In this document: positions 44,741 through 55,013 of the stretch, one piece after another
How the letters are laid out: each line of letters begins with the position of its first letter
Position numbering within the stretch: position 1 is the stretch's first letter
Notes under the pieces: generated by a model
Told to the model about the DNA's origin: nothing
Seen by the model: only the letters and a program-made list of their open reading frames with translations
Databases searched by the model: none
Made by a program: the position numbers and the translations under genes
Source: a virus
Lineage: Duplodnaviria; Caudoviricetes
Length of the DNA: 64,000 nucleotides
IMG/VR virus record: IMGVR_UViG_3300044297_000138
Coordinates: 96,001-160,000 of that record
Strand: one strand, 5' to 3'

Positions 44741-45004
44741 ATGCGGAACTCTGACATTGTGGACATGGTTGACGATATGCTGAATGATGAAGGTCCGGTG
44801 CAAATCGGTAACCTGACATTTGACCGCTCGGAAATCGTGCGCCGGTGTGACCCTACGGCTTATCGTATCATGGTCAATGAATACATTGATTCAATGATTG
44901 ATGACCTTAGGTACGACCAAGAGCGTCTGGACCCTGAAACCGATATGGCTGAACATCAGGAAATTCAGGAACGCATTGATGAATTGGAAGGTGCATATCT
45001 ATGA
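44741..45004 (+). CDS. Acidic hypothetical protein
   Basis: DML.D.G.V.IG.L.F..S.I....DP.AYR pattern. Confidence 0.65.
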   Translation: MRNSDIVDMVDDMLNDEGPVQIGNLTFDRSEIVRRCDPTAYRIMVNEYIDSMIDDLRYDQERLDPETDMAEHQEIQERIDELEGAYL

Positions 45005-45109
45005 GGTACGTTTGTGGTGGTAAATCGTTTCGGACTTATGAGAAAGCGTTAAGGTACGCTACCCATCAGTTTATGGAAAACGGCATTATTCTTGGAATTG
45101 AGGTAAAAC

Positions 45110-46317
45110 ATGGTTGATATGATGGATTTAATTGATAAAGTCATTTACCAGATCCAGCGGGATGTGGAAAATGGTGATTTTGATGCGGTGATTGAATTGC
45201 TGAGTTTCTTACCTGCTGATAAACTGCAAGGTTATCTGCCTGAAGGTACGGAAGTGTATGATGGCCAACCTGACGAAGCGCAGGAATGGCATGATTTTGA
45301 TCCTGAATGCTGATGAGGTAAAGTATGATTGAATTGAATTGTTTGTCCGTTGCAGGTGGTTGGCAATCCCACGACCAGGTAACAGGTTTGACCTTTGGAC
45401 CCGTGTTCAATGAGGTAAACGACCTATGGAATTGGCAGAAAGCCAATCCTGTAGAAGGTAAGGTTGTCGTTAAAAGCCTGATGACAGGCGCAGGTGTGCT
45501 GATTGATGAGGACACGCCTTGGTGCTGCAACCCTGCATCGGAGACCTTTTGGAGTATGTAAAATGAAGTTGGTAAGACATTTCAAAGTAATATGTAGCCA
45601 GTGCTCGGATGAGCATTCGGTAGAGGATATCCGTGTGCTCAATGTAGAGGAAGATTACATGGGGCGGGATATTTGTTTCTTTGAATGTCCTATCACCGGT
45701 CAGGTAACAAAAAGCAATGTTTATGGAGAACAGTAAAATGGACTTTTTAATCCGTGCTGAGAGGTACGCCGAAGCCCGTGGTGATGAATATTGGTTCAAG
45801 GATGTGTATACATTTTACCGCCAAGATAATAATATCACCGAATCGGTGTGGAAAACCCTGTCGTACCTGTATGATGATTATACGGCCGACCTGTTGGAGT
45901 TCCAATGATGGATTTTAAATTTTCACACTATGTATCTGGTTCAGGTAGAACCTCCATATTTCATGGAATTCCTGTTCAATACAGGGAAGAGGTACTGCGC
46001 CGGCTTAAAAATGCAGGTATCAAGGTCAAATTGCGTTATCGTGGGCCTAGAGCACACAATTACAACCGTGGACGATTTACCAATAGTTGTTCCTGCCTGA
46101 TGCGGGATGCTGTGACCTTTGCGGTGTATCCAAAATGAAGGTCAATCCTGCAACTCTGGACGCTCTTAGGCGAGCGGCAGATATCATGCGCTATCAGAAT
46201 AAACAGATGGAGGTCAAACGATTGGACGAAGCCCTAAGACAGGAGAAGCTGCGCCTGCAAAGGTTAAGGCCGTCCAATGACCCGACCAAAGGTCAAAATG
46301 TTGACCAAAATGCTTGA
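45110..46317 (+). other. Run of six small early hypothetical ORFs (45110, 45325, ~45563, ~45738, 45905, ~46135)
   Basis: Tightly packed plus-strand ORFs, several with GAGG/GGAG RBS; no function assignable. Confidence 0.6.
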
Positions 46318-46363
46318 GAACTTTAGTATTAAGGTTGCCAATTCTACCAATTCATATTAGAAT
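46316..46363 (+). promoter_or_regulatory. Early promoter with upstream element
   Basis: GAGAACTTTAGTATT-AAGG-TTGCCA-17-TAGAAT; 18 bp identical to 43866-43883. Confidence 0.75.
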
Positions 46364-46392
46364 ACAACCATTGATTGAAACAGGAGATTGTT

Positions 46393-47466
46393 ATGGGTTG
46401 GAATAAAGATGGTTCTACCGTCAAGGCCTTGTACCTTGGTGAGTATGAATGTGTTGGTGTTGTGGAGGAATCCCGTGTATCATACGGTGGTTCGGTTCTA
46501 TACACTATCCAATTGGATCAACCTTTGGTGTTGCCATTCAATGGTGAACAGCGTAAGGTTGTGATTGTGAATCAAACGCAAGTCATTGCAGATTTTGGAG
46601 TGATTGAAAATGCCTAAACGCAAGTATTCCCACCATGACATTGATTTGTCAATTACCCATTTTTTGGTGAAGTTGCCGGTGAATAATCACCAGCAAGCGG
46701 CTGAGCTCATCTTTGCTCAATATATTGACCTTTTGACCAAGGCCAGTAGGAAGGTGCAAGATGAGCACATGACCGGTTTGAATTCTTTTTTGAAAGAGGT
46801 TGAAAATGCATCCTAAAATGAAACCGATTGATATCAAAGCGGAAACATCAGGTAATGGTTATTGGTCAAATGTCAAGGCCACCGTCCAATGCACCATGTA
46901 TGATATTCCATATATCAATGAAGATTTGAATTTTGGTGAATTGCGGGTTTTCTTTGACACCAGAACCTGGCGTGTTGAAGATGATGGCCTGATTTACACC
47001 GATCCTGCTTTCTTGGAATACATCCGTGAAGCGTTTGCAACAAACGACATTGTTTACTCCGAGCAAGGAATGCAAGGAAGAAATTATGTGTCATTTGATG
47101 TTGGATCACAATTCATTCAAATGTATGGAGAGAACATTTATGCAGAATGAACAATATAAAATTTCCTCTGCTGGATGGTTGTGTGTGAAATATGGTCCAT
47201 ACAAATGGACCGCTGTGTGTAAATTGACAAACGAGCAATTAGAGCAATTGCGTGAATTTTTAAAGATGGAGTAAATGATGCAAAGCGCAAACGATTTCCA
47301 ATGGGACCTGATGCTGGCACAGCTGCGTGGTCTTGAATTCAACAACTATGGACTCAACCAAATCGCTCAGGTCTCATGCGGACAAGTGCTCAGCTCTGTA
47401 ACGCATGACCTACTGACACAGCGCCTCCACGAAGAGGATTGGCGTGAACGATTCATTGCAAAATGA
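46393..47466 (+). other. Run of small early hypothetical ORFs (~46393, ~46610, ~46806, ~47140, 47275)
   Basis: Coupled plus-strand ORFs with RBSs. Confidence 0.6.
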
Positions 47467-47492
47467 ATACTTTACTCTTACTTTTTATAAAT

Positions 47493-47538
47493 GGAATACT
47501 TTTGTCTGAATTGACAAAACCGACCAATCGTGTATAAT
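47493..47538 (+). promoter_or_regulatory. Early promoter with upstream element
   Basis: GGAATACTTTTGTCTG-AA-TTGACA-16-TATAAT. Confidence 0.8.
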
Positions 47539-47561
47539 GAATGTTTTGAAAGGATATTGTG

Positions 47562-48080
47562 ATGCAATTTATCTCTGACCGTAACCCTACTGCTTCTGCT
47601 CTCTACCTAGTTGACCGTGGTATGCAGGGTAAGCATTATCGCTGGTATGATGCTGATACTGACCAATGGTCCCAATGTGGTTGGCACATGGAGGACGCAT
47701 TGGCCAATCGTGACAAACCATCGGCTGTTGAATTCTTTCCGTGGTGTGGTCCATTGACAGGTAAGAAGTTTGATCCTGAACAACCAATCAAGGTTGTGAC
47801 CGATGAAACCGAAACCAAACCGACCAAACCTGCCAAAGCAGCCAAGGTCAAGGTTCCTGCCAAGAAAATGGCCAAACAACGCACCGCTGTGGTTGTTGCA
47901 CCAAAAGCACCCAAAGCGCCGAAGTCCACCCATCCTGATGGTACGGTTTGGTTCCGTGCTGATCGTCAAAAGTGGATTGCACAATATGGCGGCAAGCAAG
48001 AAGCTGCCCGTCCTACTAAAGAAGCCTGTTTGGCTTTCTTGAAGAAAAAATACAATGTTGATGGTGTCGTGGTTGAATAA
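47562..48080 (+). CDS. Two-domain protein with Lys/Pro/Ala linker and AP2-like C-terminal DNA-binding candidate
   Basis: C-terminal GTVWFRADRQKWIAQY...TKEAC. Confidence 0.55.
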   Translation: MQFISDRNPTASALYLVDRGMQGKHYRWYDADTDQWSQCGWHMEDALANRDKPSAVEFFPWCGPLTGKKFDPEQPIKVVTDETETKPTKPAKAAKVKVPAKKMAKQRTAVVVAPKAPKAPKSTHPDGTVWFRADRQKWIAQYGGKQEAARPTKEACLAFLKKKYNVDGVVVE

Positions 48081-48090
48081 GGAGTAAATC

Positions 48091-48549
48091 ATGGGTTTAG
48101 ATATGTATTTGAAGGCTAGGAAATTCGTCAGTAATTGGGATTTTCGGCCTGAAGATAAACCAATCAACCAAAGCATCCGTGAGGCCATGGGTCTTGGTCA
48201 CCGTAATGATGAAGATTCGGATGTTTATGTCACCATTGGTGTTGGATATTGGCGCAAAGCAAACCAGATTCATAAATGGTTTGTTGATAACTGCCAAAAT
48301 GGCCGAGATGAGTGCCAAGAAACATATGTGTCCCGTGAAAAGTTGGAAACATTATTGTCTTTGTGTAAAGAAACCTTGGAGACAAAAGATGCAAGCAAAT
48401 TGCCACCATCATCTGGTTTCTTTTTTGGTTCAACCAATGTTGATGAATGGTATTGGTCAGACATTGAACACACCATTAAAACACTTGAATCGGCTCTGAA
48501 TGATAGAGCACTTGATAATTGGGATTTTGAATATCAATCATCGTGGTAA
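48091..48549 (+). CDS. Conserved hypothetical phage protein
   Basis: MGLDMYL...YWRKANQIH.WF...GFFFGS...YQSSW. Confidence 0.75.
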   Translation: MGLDMYLKARKFVSNWDFRPEDKPINQSIREAMGLGHRNDEDSDVYVTIGVGYWRKANQIHKWFVDNCQNGRDECQETYVSREKLETLLSLCKETLETKDASKLPPSSGFFFGSTNVDEWYWSDIEHTIKTLESALNDRALDNWDFEYQSSW

Positions 48550-48559
48550 GGAGTAAATT

Positions 48560-48784
48560 ATGAATTTGAAATTAAAAGCTGGTTTGTATACCGTTGGCAT
48601 GGTTGCTGGTGGTTATATTGGTTTGTCTCTCATTCAAGCAATCTTTCAGGCAATGCCTGAGAGTTGGAGAGAAAATTCTTTTTATGTCATTTGTATTGGT
48701 CTGATATTATATGTTGTGTATAGTATAGTATTGTCCAGTTTGGAAATGAATGAGAAAATGAAAAACATTGCTGACAGGATGTAA
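48560..48784 (+). CDS. Small two-TM membrane protein
   Basis: Two hydrophobic helices; AGGAG RBS. Confidence 0.6.
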   Translation: MNLKLKAGLYTVGMVAGGYIGLSLIQAIFQAMPESWRENSFYVICIGLILYVVYSIVLSSLEMNEKMKNIADRM

Positions 48785-48786
48785 TT

Positions 48787-49095
48787 GTGAAAGTTGTAAT
48801 CAATAGATGTTTTGGTGGATTTGGTTTGTCTGATGAAGCCATAGAATTGTATGCTGAGAAAAAAGGTATAAAACTCGGTGAAAAACTGAAATATGGTGGT
48901 TATGAAGAACTGTGGGAAGGTGACATACCACGTAATGACCTTGTTTTGGTTTGGGTTGTAGAACATCTTGGCGTAAAAGCCAATGGTTGGGCAGCCGAAT
49001 TAAATATTGTGGAAATTCCCGAAGATGTGGATTGGTATGTTGAAGAATATGATGGTGTTGAGCATGTTGCTGAACGCCATAGAACTTGGAGTTAA
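48787..49095 (+). CDS. Conserved hypothetical phage protein
   Basis: KVVIN.CFGGFGLS...R....LV.VVE.LG...EYDG.E. Confidence 0.75.
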   Translation: MKVVINRCFGGFGLSDEAIELYAEKKGIKLGEKLKYGGYEELWEGDIPRNDLVLVWVVEHLGVKANGWAAELNIVEIPEDVDWYVEEYDGVEHVAERHRTWS

Positions 49096-49562
49096 TGATG
49101 ATTAAATTTATTGCCAACTATCTAAAAAACAAAGGTCGTTTCCGTAACATTCGTGATCGTTATGGATTGAATGATTATTTGCATCGTTATTATCTATTGC
49201 ATAGAAGTGAAGATGAAGTTGGCAATGAAGTCCGTGAATATTCATTCAATGCATTTATTCATAATTTCAAAGCATCGGACGAACCTGTGTTCCATGACCA
49301 TCCATGGACATGGTGTTCAATCGTATTGAAAGGTGGATATTGGGAACATAGAGTTGGCAAACCCCGTAAATGGCGTGGTGTTGGCAGTATCTGTTTTCGC
49401 AAAGCAACCGATTTGCATTGGGTTGAAACCGATCCGAACATTGATACATGGACACTATTCATGCACGGCAAACGCCAGCGAGATTGGGGTTTCATTGTGA
49501 ATGAAAAATGGATTTATTGGAAAGATTATTTGGCTGAAAGAATTGCAAGGCAACAAGTATGA
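49095..49562 (+). CDS. Cupin-domain protein
   Basis: FHDHPW...GGYWE...HWVE metal-binding motif. Confidence 0.75.
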   Translation: MMIKFIANYLKNKGRFRNIRDRYGLNDYLHRYYLLHRSEDEVGNEVREYSFNAFIHNFKASDEPVFHDHPWTWCSIVLKGGYWEHRVGKPRKWRGVGSICFRKATDLHWVETDPNIDTWTLFMHGKRQRDWGFIVNEKWIYWKDYLAERIARQQV

Positions 49563-49774
49563 ATGAAATTTTAACAACATTGTATCGTGCCAGTAAACCA
49601 AAAGAGGCATTGGCATCACAAGATGAATTTGGTGGTTCTAATTGTTTGTTAGGATCAGATGTGGAAAAATTTGCCGAACTGATTATACGGGAATGTGCAG
49701 ATGTTGCCTCAATCAATCAACACCAGTATAATGATGTTGGTAGTTATGTTAAAAAACATTTTGGAGTTGAATGA
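49559..49774 (+). CDS. AELIV.EC...HFGVE paralog family protein
   Basis: EKFAELIIRECA...KKHFGVE. Confidence 0.7.
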   Translation: MNEILTTLYRASKPKEALASQDEFGGSNCLLGSDVEKFAELIIRECADVASINQHQYNDVGSYVKKHFGVE

Positions 49775-50313
49775 TGCGTAAAGAACTTGATGAAAAACTA
49801 TGCGAAAAATATCCATTGATATTTAAGAATCGCCATGCTGATATGACTACCACGGCAATGTGTTGGGGTTTTGAATGTGGTGATGGTTGGTTCAATATTA
49901 TTGATGTGTTGTGTAGTATGTTGTATAATGATTATGTAACAGCCAAAGAAAGATATGAAGCCGTCAAACAATACTATGAAACGGACGGAAAATATCCATG
50001 GAAAGGCGGCAAAGAAATCACACCTGAAATTTTGGAAGAATTGCGCCTGAAAATGATTGGACAAGAAGAATTGGTTCCCGTTGCAGCGCAAGTGAAAGAA
50101 AAGTTTGGCGGCCTGCGATTCTATGTTAATGGTGCAAACGAAGAACATTACAATTATATTTCTTTTGCTGAGAATATGAGTTATCGCACCTGTGAGAAGT
50201 GTGGTAATCCAGGCAAATTGTATACCAATGGTTGGCATACTACTCTATGTGAGAAGCACGCCGAAGAACTTGGTTATCTTAATGAAGGAGAAAATGATGA
50301 GCAGAATGTCTGA
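49771..50313 (+). CDS. Conserved hypothetical phage protein with Zn ribbon
   Basis: GFECGDGW, QVKEKFGGLRFY, CEKCG...TLC..H. Confidence 0.75.
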   Translation: MMRKELDEKLCEKYPLIFKNRHADMTTTAMCWGFECGDGWFNIIDVLCSMLYNDYVTAKERYEAVKQYYETDGKYPWKGGKEITPEILEELRLKMIGQEELVPVAAQVKEKFGGLRFYVNGANEEHYNYISFAENMSYRTCEKCGNPGKLYTNGWHTTLCEKHAEELGYLNEGENDEQNV

Positions 50314-50476
50314 ATTACATATTGAAATCAGCGAAATGTTGGAAAATGGTTATGATGCCGAAGATACCGCATCATGCCTTGGTGTACCACTTGAATGGGT
50401 TTTGGCTGCACAAAAGGGGCTTGCCAATATGTCGGAAATGCAATACAATGGCGGTGAGCCGCTTTGAGGATATAAA

Positions 50477-50899
50477 ATGGAACTTAAATTTGAACTTGCT
50501 GGTTTTCATCTGGACTACCAAAACATCCTAAAGAACAAAGAAACATTGGCCGTGACCAAGTTGCTTGCCACAGAGTTGATGACGAATGGTTATATCGTGG
50601 TTGGTGAATTCATTAAGAATCTTACCGATGCCGATCTACAGGCATTGACCGATAATATGGAAGATGATGCACAGAACCAATACCAAGATTTGATTTTGGT
50701 TTCTGAAATGTTGGCAACAGGCGAGGGTTGTGGACCATCAGGCAACGATAATGAATTTGAATCTAGGGCTCACCATTTCATTACTCTATTGATTTTGGAA
50801 TCATTGCACCGTAAGGGCATGGTCAAACTATACCATGAGAACATTTCATTCCATGAGGATATGGGTGATAAACTGTTGGTTGAAAAGATTAACCTATGA
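50477..50899 (+). CDS. Hypothetical protein
   Basis: GAGGA RBS. Confidence 0.65.
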   Translation: MELKFELAGFHLDYQNILKNKETLAVTKLLATELMTNGYIVVGEFIKNLTDADLQALTDNMEDDAQNQYQDLILVSEMLATGEGCGPSGNDNEFESRAHHFITLLILESLHRKGMVKLYHENISFHEDMGDKLLVEKINL

Positions 50900-51181
50900 T
50901 TATTCTATTGCAAGCCGTTTTGGCATATGGATTGTGGAAAGTGGCCGATATGTATTTTGAAATGCAAAGAACAACATTGGGATGGATCTGTATTATTATG
51001 AGTGCATTAAACTTTGCATCATTCATGGCAGAGATTCTTTGAAAGGAAATAAAATGGACAAAGAAACAGTTGTATATGAATTTTCCTATTTTCTGGATGC
51101 ATGGTTGTATTGCACACAGAATGGATTAGATTGGAAAACATCCATTCATAAAAAGGACTTCCGTACCTGGATGGTCATGGT

Positions 51182-51418
51182 ATGAATGAACGAATCATAG
51201 AACTCGCTGAACAGGCTGGCGGCCATTATAGCCGTGAAGAATTGGAATTTGCCGTTGTGTTTGGTGAATTGGAAGATTTTGAAAAATTCGCTGAATTGAT
51301 TGTCCGTGAATGTATTGCAATATGTGAATCCGGCACACCAACGCAAACCACAAGCGGCGGGGCTGCGGAACTTATCAAACAACATTTTGGTGTTGTAACA
51401 AAACAACACAATACTTGA
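51182..51418 (+). CDS. MNERI.../AELIVREC paralog family protein
   Basis: MNERIIELAEQAG...EKFAELIVRECI...KQHFGV. Confidence 0.7.
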   Translation: MNERIIELAEQAGGHYSREELEFAVVFGELEDFEKFAELIVRECIAICESGTPTQTTSGGAAELIKQHFGVVTKQHNT

Positions 51419-51475
51419 CCAAAAAAACTGAGAACCTTTTACTTACATTGCCATTTCTGTTGGTTGTGATAGAAT
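51391..51475 (+). promoter_or_regulatory. Early promoter with TGTTG-N8-CAACA palindrome and upstream element
   Basis: TGTTGTAACAAAACAACA; AAAACTGAGAACCTTT (also at 43450); TTGCCA-16-TAGAAT. Confidence 0.75.
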
Positions 51476-51503
51476 ACTTGTATTGATTGATTGAAAGGCA
51501 ACA

Positions 51504-52388
51504 ATGTCGCAAGTCACTTTTGTTAATGGTAAGTATCAAGCCGTCATCAATGGCAAGATCGTCAAACGCACCAGCAAGGCGCACATGGATTATGTGTTGC
51601 GTAAAGCTGGTCTGTCCGCTTCCGCCGTGGAAGCATCCGCACCCCAAGAATCCCGTTTCACTATCAACGAGCGGTTTGGTTTCGTTACCGATATGGTCAC
51701 CATGTTGGCCAATGGCGCACAAGCGTCTGTGGTTGTGACTGGTCCTGGCGGTCTGGGTAAGTCCTACACCGTCTCCAAAGCGTTGGAAACCAACGGATTC
51801 AAAGATATTTCCACGCTTGAAGCACTAGAGGTCGGCGCTCGTATCAACACCCGCCGCTCGTTCCGTGTTATCAAGGGTTACTCTACACCCAAAGGTCTGT
51901 ATCGTTTGTTGTATGAGAACAAGGACGGCGTGCTCGTGTTTGATGATTGTGATTCCGTATTGAAAGATCCGGTGTCCCTGAACCTGCTCAAAGGTGCGCT
52001 TGATTCATATTCCCGCCGTATCATCAGCTGGCGTGCTGATATCCGTGATGAAGATTTGCCCACATCCTTTGAATTCAAAGGTCGTGTTGTGTTCATTTCC
52101 AATCTAGGTTCATCACAAATTGACCAAGCAATTATCACCCGTTCCATGGCCGTGGATTTGTCCATGACCACGCAACAAAAGATTGACCGTATGCGTCACA
52201 TTTTGGAATCTGGTGAGTTTATGCCTGAAGCTCTCAAAGAGCACAAGGTAGATGCCATTGCTTTGATTGAACGCCTCAAAGATTCGGTCAAAGAGTTGTC
52301 GCTTCGCACACTCATTCAGGTAACAAAAATTCGTGCCAATGCAGGTAGCAATTGGGCTAACTTGGCTGAATACACTATTTGTGGTTGA
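51504..52388 (+). CDS. AAA+ family ATPase
   Basis: Walker A GPGGLGKS, Walker B VLVFDDCD, FISN, AIITR. Confidence 0.8.
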   Translation: MSQVTFVNGKYQAVINGKIVKRTSKAHMDYVLRKAGLSASAVEASAPQESRFTINERFGFVTDMVTMLANGAQASVVVTGPGGLGKSYTVSKALETNGFKDISTLEALEVGARINTRRSFRVIKGYSTPKGLYRLLYENKDGVLVFDDCDSVLKDPVSLNLLKGALDSYSRRIISWRADIRDEDLPTSFEFKGRVVFISNLGSSQIDQAIITRSMAVDLSMTTQQKIDRMRHILESGEFMPEALKEHKVDAIALIERLKDSVKELSLRTLIQVTKIRANAGSNWANLAEYTICG

Positions 52389-52390
52389 TT

Positions 52391-53026
52391 ATGAGTTTAT
52401 CAGATAAAACACTTCAATTGTTCAAAGATTATGCCACAGGTAAGATTAACAGTCTTGAGGGTTTTAACGTTTGTGCTCAAGAATTTTATGACTACACCAT
52501 GAGTGATGTTAATTCTTCCAAATTGCGTGAAGAATTAACAATTAGAATTGGTGATTATGAACAAATTCCTGGAAAATTAGGTTATGATGGTTTAGATATA
52601 GAAACGGGAAAATATAAAGAAGCAAAACCAAAGTTATACACAAGAGATAAAGCACATTCAGGTAATGGAAACTTTTCTGATCTGACCATGCGTAAATTGG
52701 ATAAACTTATTTTGGATAATGTTGATGTTGTTGTAAGTTATTTTGCTCATAATAAGTTAGTTTACATTATGGAATTTCCTGTTGCAACAATTTACTCTCG
52801 TTTATATTTGCAAGTCTATGATAAATGTGTAGTGAACAAACAAAAAATGTGTCGTAGTGCAAACTTCAATTATGCTGATTATATTGATTCAAACGATTTG
52901 GTCATCAAATATATTGATTGGGATTTCATCGATAAATATCCTAAAATAATCAATCGGCCATTTCTAAAAAAATTGAAAGAAAAAAGACAATATGAAAACA
53001 CAATTGAAAAATTACTTGAATGTTAG
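52391..53026 (+). CDS. Putative restriction endonuclease (PD-(D/E)XK)
   Basis: LREE...GYDGLD...KEAKP; directly upstream of a DNA methyltransferase. Confidence 0.55.
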   Translation: MSLSDKTLQLFKDYATGKINSLEGFNVCAQEFYDYTMSDVNSSKLREELTIRIGDYEQIPGKLGYDGLDIETGKYKEAKPKLYTRDKAHSGNGNFSDLTMRKLDKLILDNVDVVVSYFAHNKLVYIMEFPVATIYSRLYLQVYDKCVVNKQKMCRSANFNYADYIDSNDLVIKYIDWDFIDKYPKIINRPFLKKLKEKRQYENTIEKLLEC

Positions 53027-53990
53027 ATATTCAACACAAAATTTAACAGATGAAGAATTTAATTCTATCGTTGATGACTTAGCAGAACAATTAGAACAAG
53101 TTTCATTTGTTCCACAATATACTGATGCACAATTGTATAAAGATTGGATGCAATTGAAAAAATGGACAACTAAAGATGATTATATCAATTCAACAAATAG
53201 AATTGGCATGAAACTGTGTGAACATTTTTTTCCAAATTTTTATGATATTGCAGATAATAAAGGCAATTCATTTCATTCCATGTGGAAGAAAGAAAATTTG
53301 ATTAAAATTCTCCGTTGGAATAGAAAGAGCCATTCTACACCTTATTTGTCTGAACTGAAACGTGGAATTTATTTCTGTTGTGGTATGACCAAAAGTACCA
53401 TGTATCGTCCACAAATGATGAAAATGATTTGTGACCATTATTCACCAAAGATTGTGTTGGATCCTTGTATGGGTTGGGGTGGCCGTATGCTTGGTGCTGT
53501 TGCAAGTGGTGCTCATTACATTGGTTTTGATCCAAATACCTTGACATACGACAATTTGAAAAAACTGGCTAAATTTCTTAATATTGAAGATAAGGTAACT
53601 TTGATTTGTGATGATGCAATGAATATGGACAAACACAATTTGCCGTATGTGGATTTAATATTGACAAGTCCTCCATATTTTGATTTGGAAGTTTATACCA
53701 ATGAATCAACACAATCAATCAGTAATCATTCCAACTATCGTGCATGGTCGGATTTTTTCCTAAAAGGTATCATAAAAAAATCTGCTTGCCTATTGAATGA
53801 AGGTGGTGTATCATGTTGGAATGTTGGTAAAGTTGGCAAGAATAATATGTTTGATGATGTGAGAACCTATCAAGAAGAAATTGGTTATAAACAAATAAAA
53901 GAATTTTTGGTGGTAAGTAGCAAACGACAAGCACTACAAAAAACAGGTAACAACAAAAGCAACGATAATACCGTTGTGTATAAAATTTGA
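52992..53990 (+). CDS. N4-cytosine/N6-adenine DNA methyltransferase
   Basis: VLDPCMGWGGR SAM-binding motif followed by catalytic TSPPY. Confidence 0.85.
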   Translation: MKTQLKNYLNVRYSTQNLTDEEFNSIVDDLAEQLEQVSFVPQYTDAQLYKDWMQLKKWTTKDDYINSTNRIGMKLCEHFFPNFYDIADNKGNSFHSMWKKENLIKILRWNRKSHSTPYLSELKRGIYFCCGMTKSTMYRPQMMKMICDHYSPKIVLDPCMGWGGRMLGAVASGAHYIGFDPNTLTYDNLKKLAKFLNIEDKVTLICDDAMNMDKHNLPYVDLILTSPPYFDLEVYTNESTQSISNHSNYRAWSDFFLKGIIKKSACLLNEGGVSCWNVGKVGKNNMFDDVRTYQEEIGYKQIKEFLVVSSKRQALQKTGNNKSNDNTVVYKI

Positions 53991-54015
53991 AACACATTTT
54001 TAAAGGAATTATGTT

Positions 54016-54432
54016 ATGATGCCTCTTGGTAAATATTATATTGGTGATTTGTGTTATGTGATGACCGATGAAGAATGGGACCAATTGTGCAGTATCACCA
54101 TCAAGGATCATAAATGTCTTGAAGGTGAATTCAATCTGCCTGATGGTCGCCGTTTCGCCATGTATAGCACAATGTGGGGTGATGGATGTTATAATGACCA
54201 ATTTGGAAAAGAATATTGTGTGGATTCTGGATCCATTGGTTGTATTCTTGTGTCGGATATTCGTGCTGAAAAGTATGATGACATTGAACAACTCGGTGCC
54301 TTTGTGACATTCAATAATGATTTTGAAACCAGTGGATGCATCAAAGGCCGTGATTCTAATGGAACTATCACCATAGGACATATCAGAATTGAAACTGATC
54401 CTGTATATGAAGATAAGGAAGAAGATTACTGA
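54016..54432 (+). CDS. Conserved hypothetical protein
   Basis: YYIGDLCYV, T.WGDG.Y, VDSGSIG. Confidence 0.7.
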   Translation: MMPLGKYYIGDLCYVMTDEEWDQLCSITIKDHKCLEGEFNLPDGRRFAMYSTMWGDGCYNDQFGKEYCVDSGSIGCILVSDIRAEKYDDIEQLGAFVTFNNDFETSGCIKGRDSNGTITIGHIRIETDPVYEDKEEDY

Positions 54433-55013
54433 TGTTCATGTTTGATGTTGAAACACTTGGCAAAAGATCCAATTCTGTGATCTTGTCCATGGCCTGTATT
54501 CATTTTGATCCATTGCAGAAACCATCACCACAACAAATGCGTGAAGGTGCCTTTTTTGCAAAGTTTAAGGTAAAGGAACAGGCACAAAAATTCGGACGTG
54601 AAATCAATCAACCTACCGTGGATTGGTGGGTTAAACAATGTGAAAATGCAAAGGTAGCATCATACAAACCATCACACCATGATGTTGACTTTGAAGTTGG
54701 TTATGAAGCCATGCGTGAATGGGTGGCCGAAAAGAATGACAATAAGTCTTGGGTTTGGGCAAGAGGCAATCTGGATCAACTTGTGATGGATGATATTGAA
54801 GAACAGATTGGCCTTACGCCCATTTTTCCTTATGCGAGGTGGCGTGATGTAAGAACTGCCATTGATTTTTTGTATGAAACCGACAATGGATATACGGATG
54901 TGGACTATCCAGGATTCGATTCCAGAAATCACATAACTAAGCATAATCCAATAGATGATTGTTTATTGGATGCAATGATGTTAATGTATGGTGTTAAAAA
55001 GGAGATAATATGA
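54432..55013 (+). CDS. DEDDh 3'-5' exonuclease (DexA-like)
   Basis: FDVETL, WARG..D, RDVRT, HNPIDD. Confidence 0.8.
   Translation: MFMFDVETLGKRSNSVILSMACIHFDPLQKPSPQQMREGAFFAKFKVKEQAQKFGREINQPTVDWWVKQCENAKVASYKPSHHDVDFEVGYEAMREWVAEKNDNKSWVWARGNLDQLVMDDIEEQIGLTPIFPYARWRDVRTAIDFLYETDNGYTDVDYPGFDSRNHITKHNPIDDCLLDAMMLMYGVKKEII

Noticed and set aside
43457-47510. LexA/SOS boxes (GAAC-N4-GTTC) as the identity of the upstream element
   Set aside because: The right half is GTAT/GTCT, never GTTC, and it does not match the CTGT-N8-ACAG box either; kept as an unknown motif.
42144-47538. CRISPR array or insertion-sequence ends
   Set aside because: The repeats are promoter-shaped, irregularly spaced and separated by whole genes; no cas or transposase gene.
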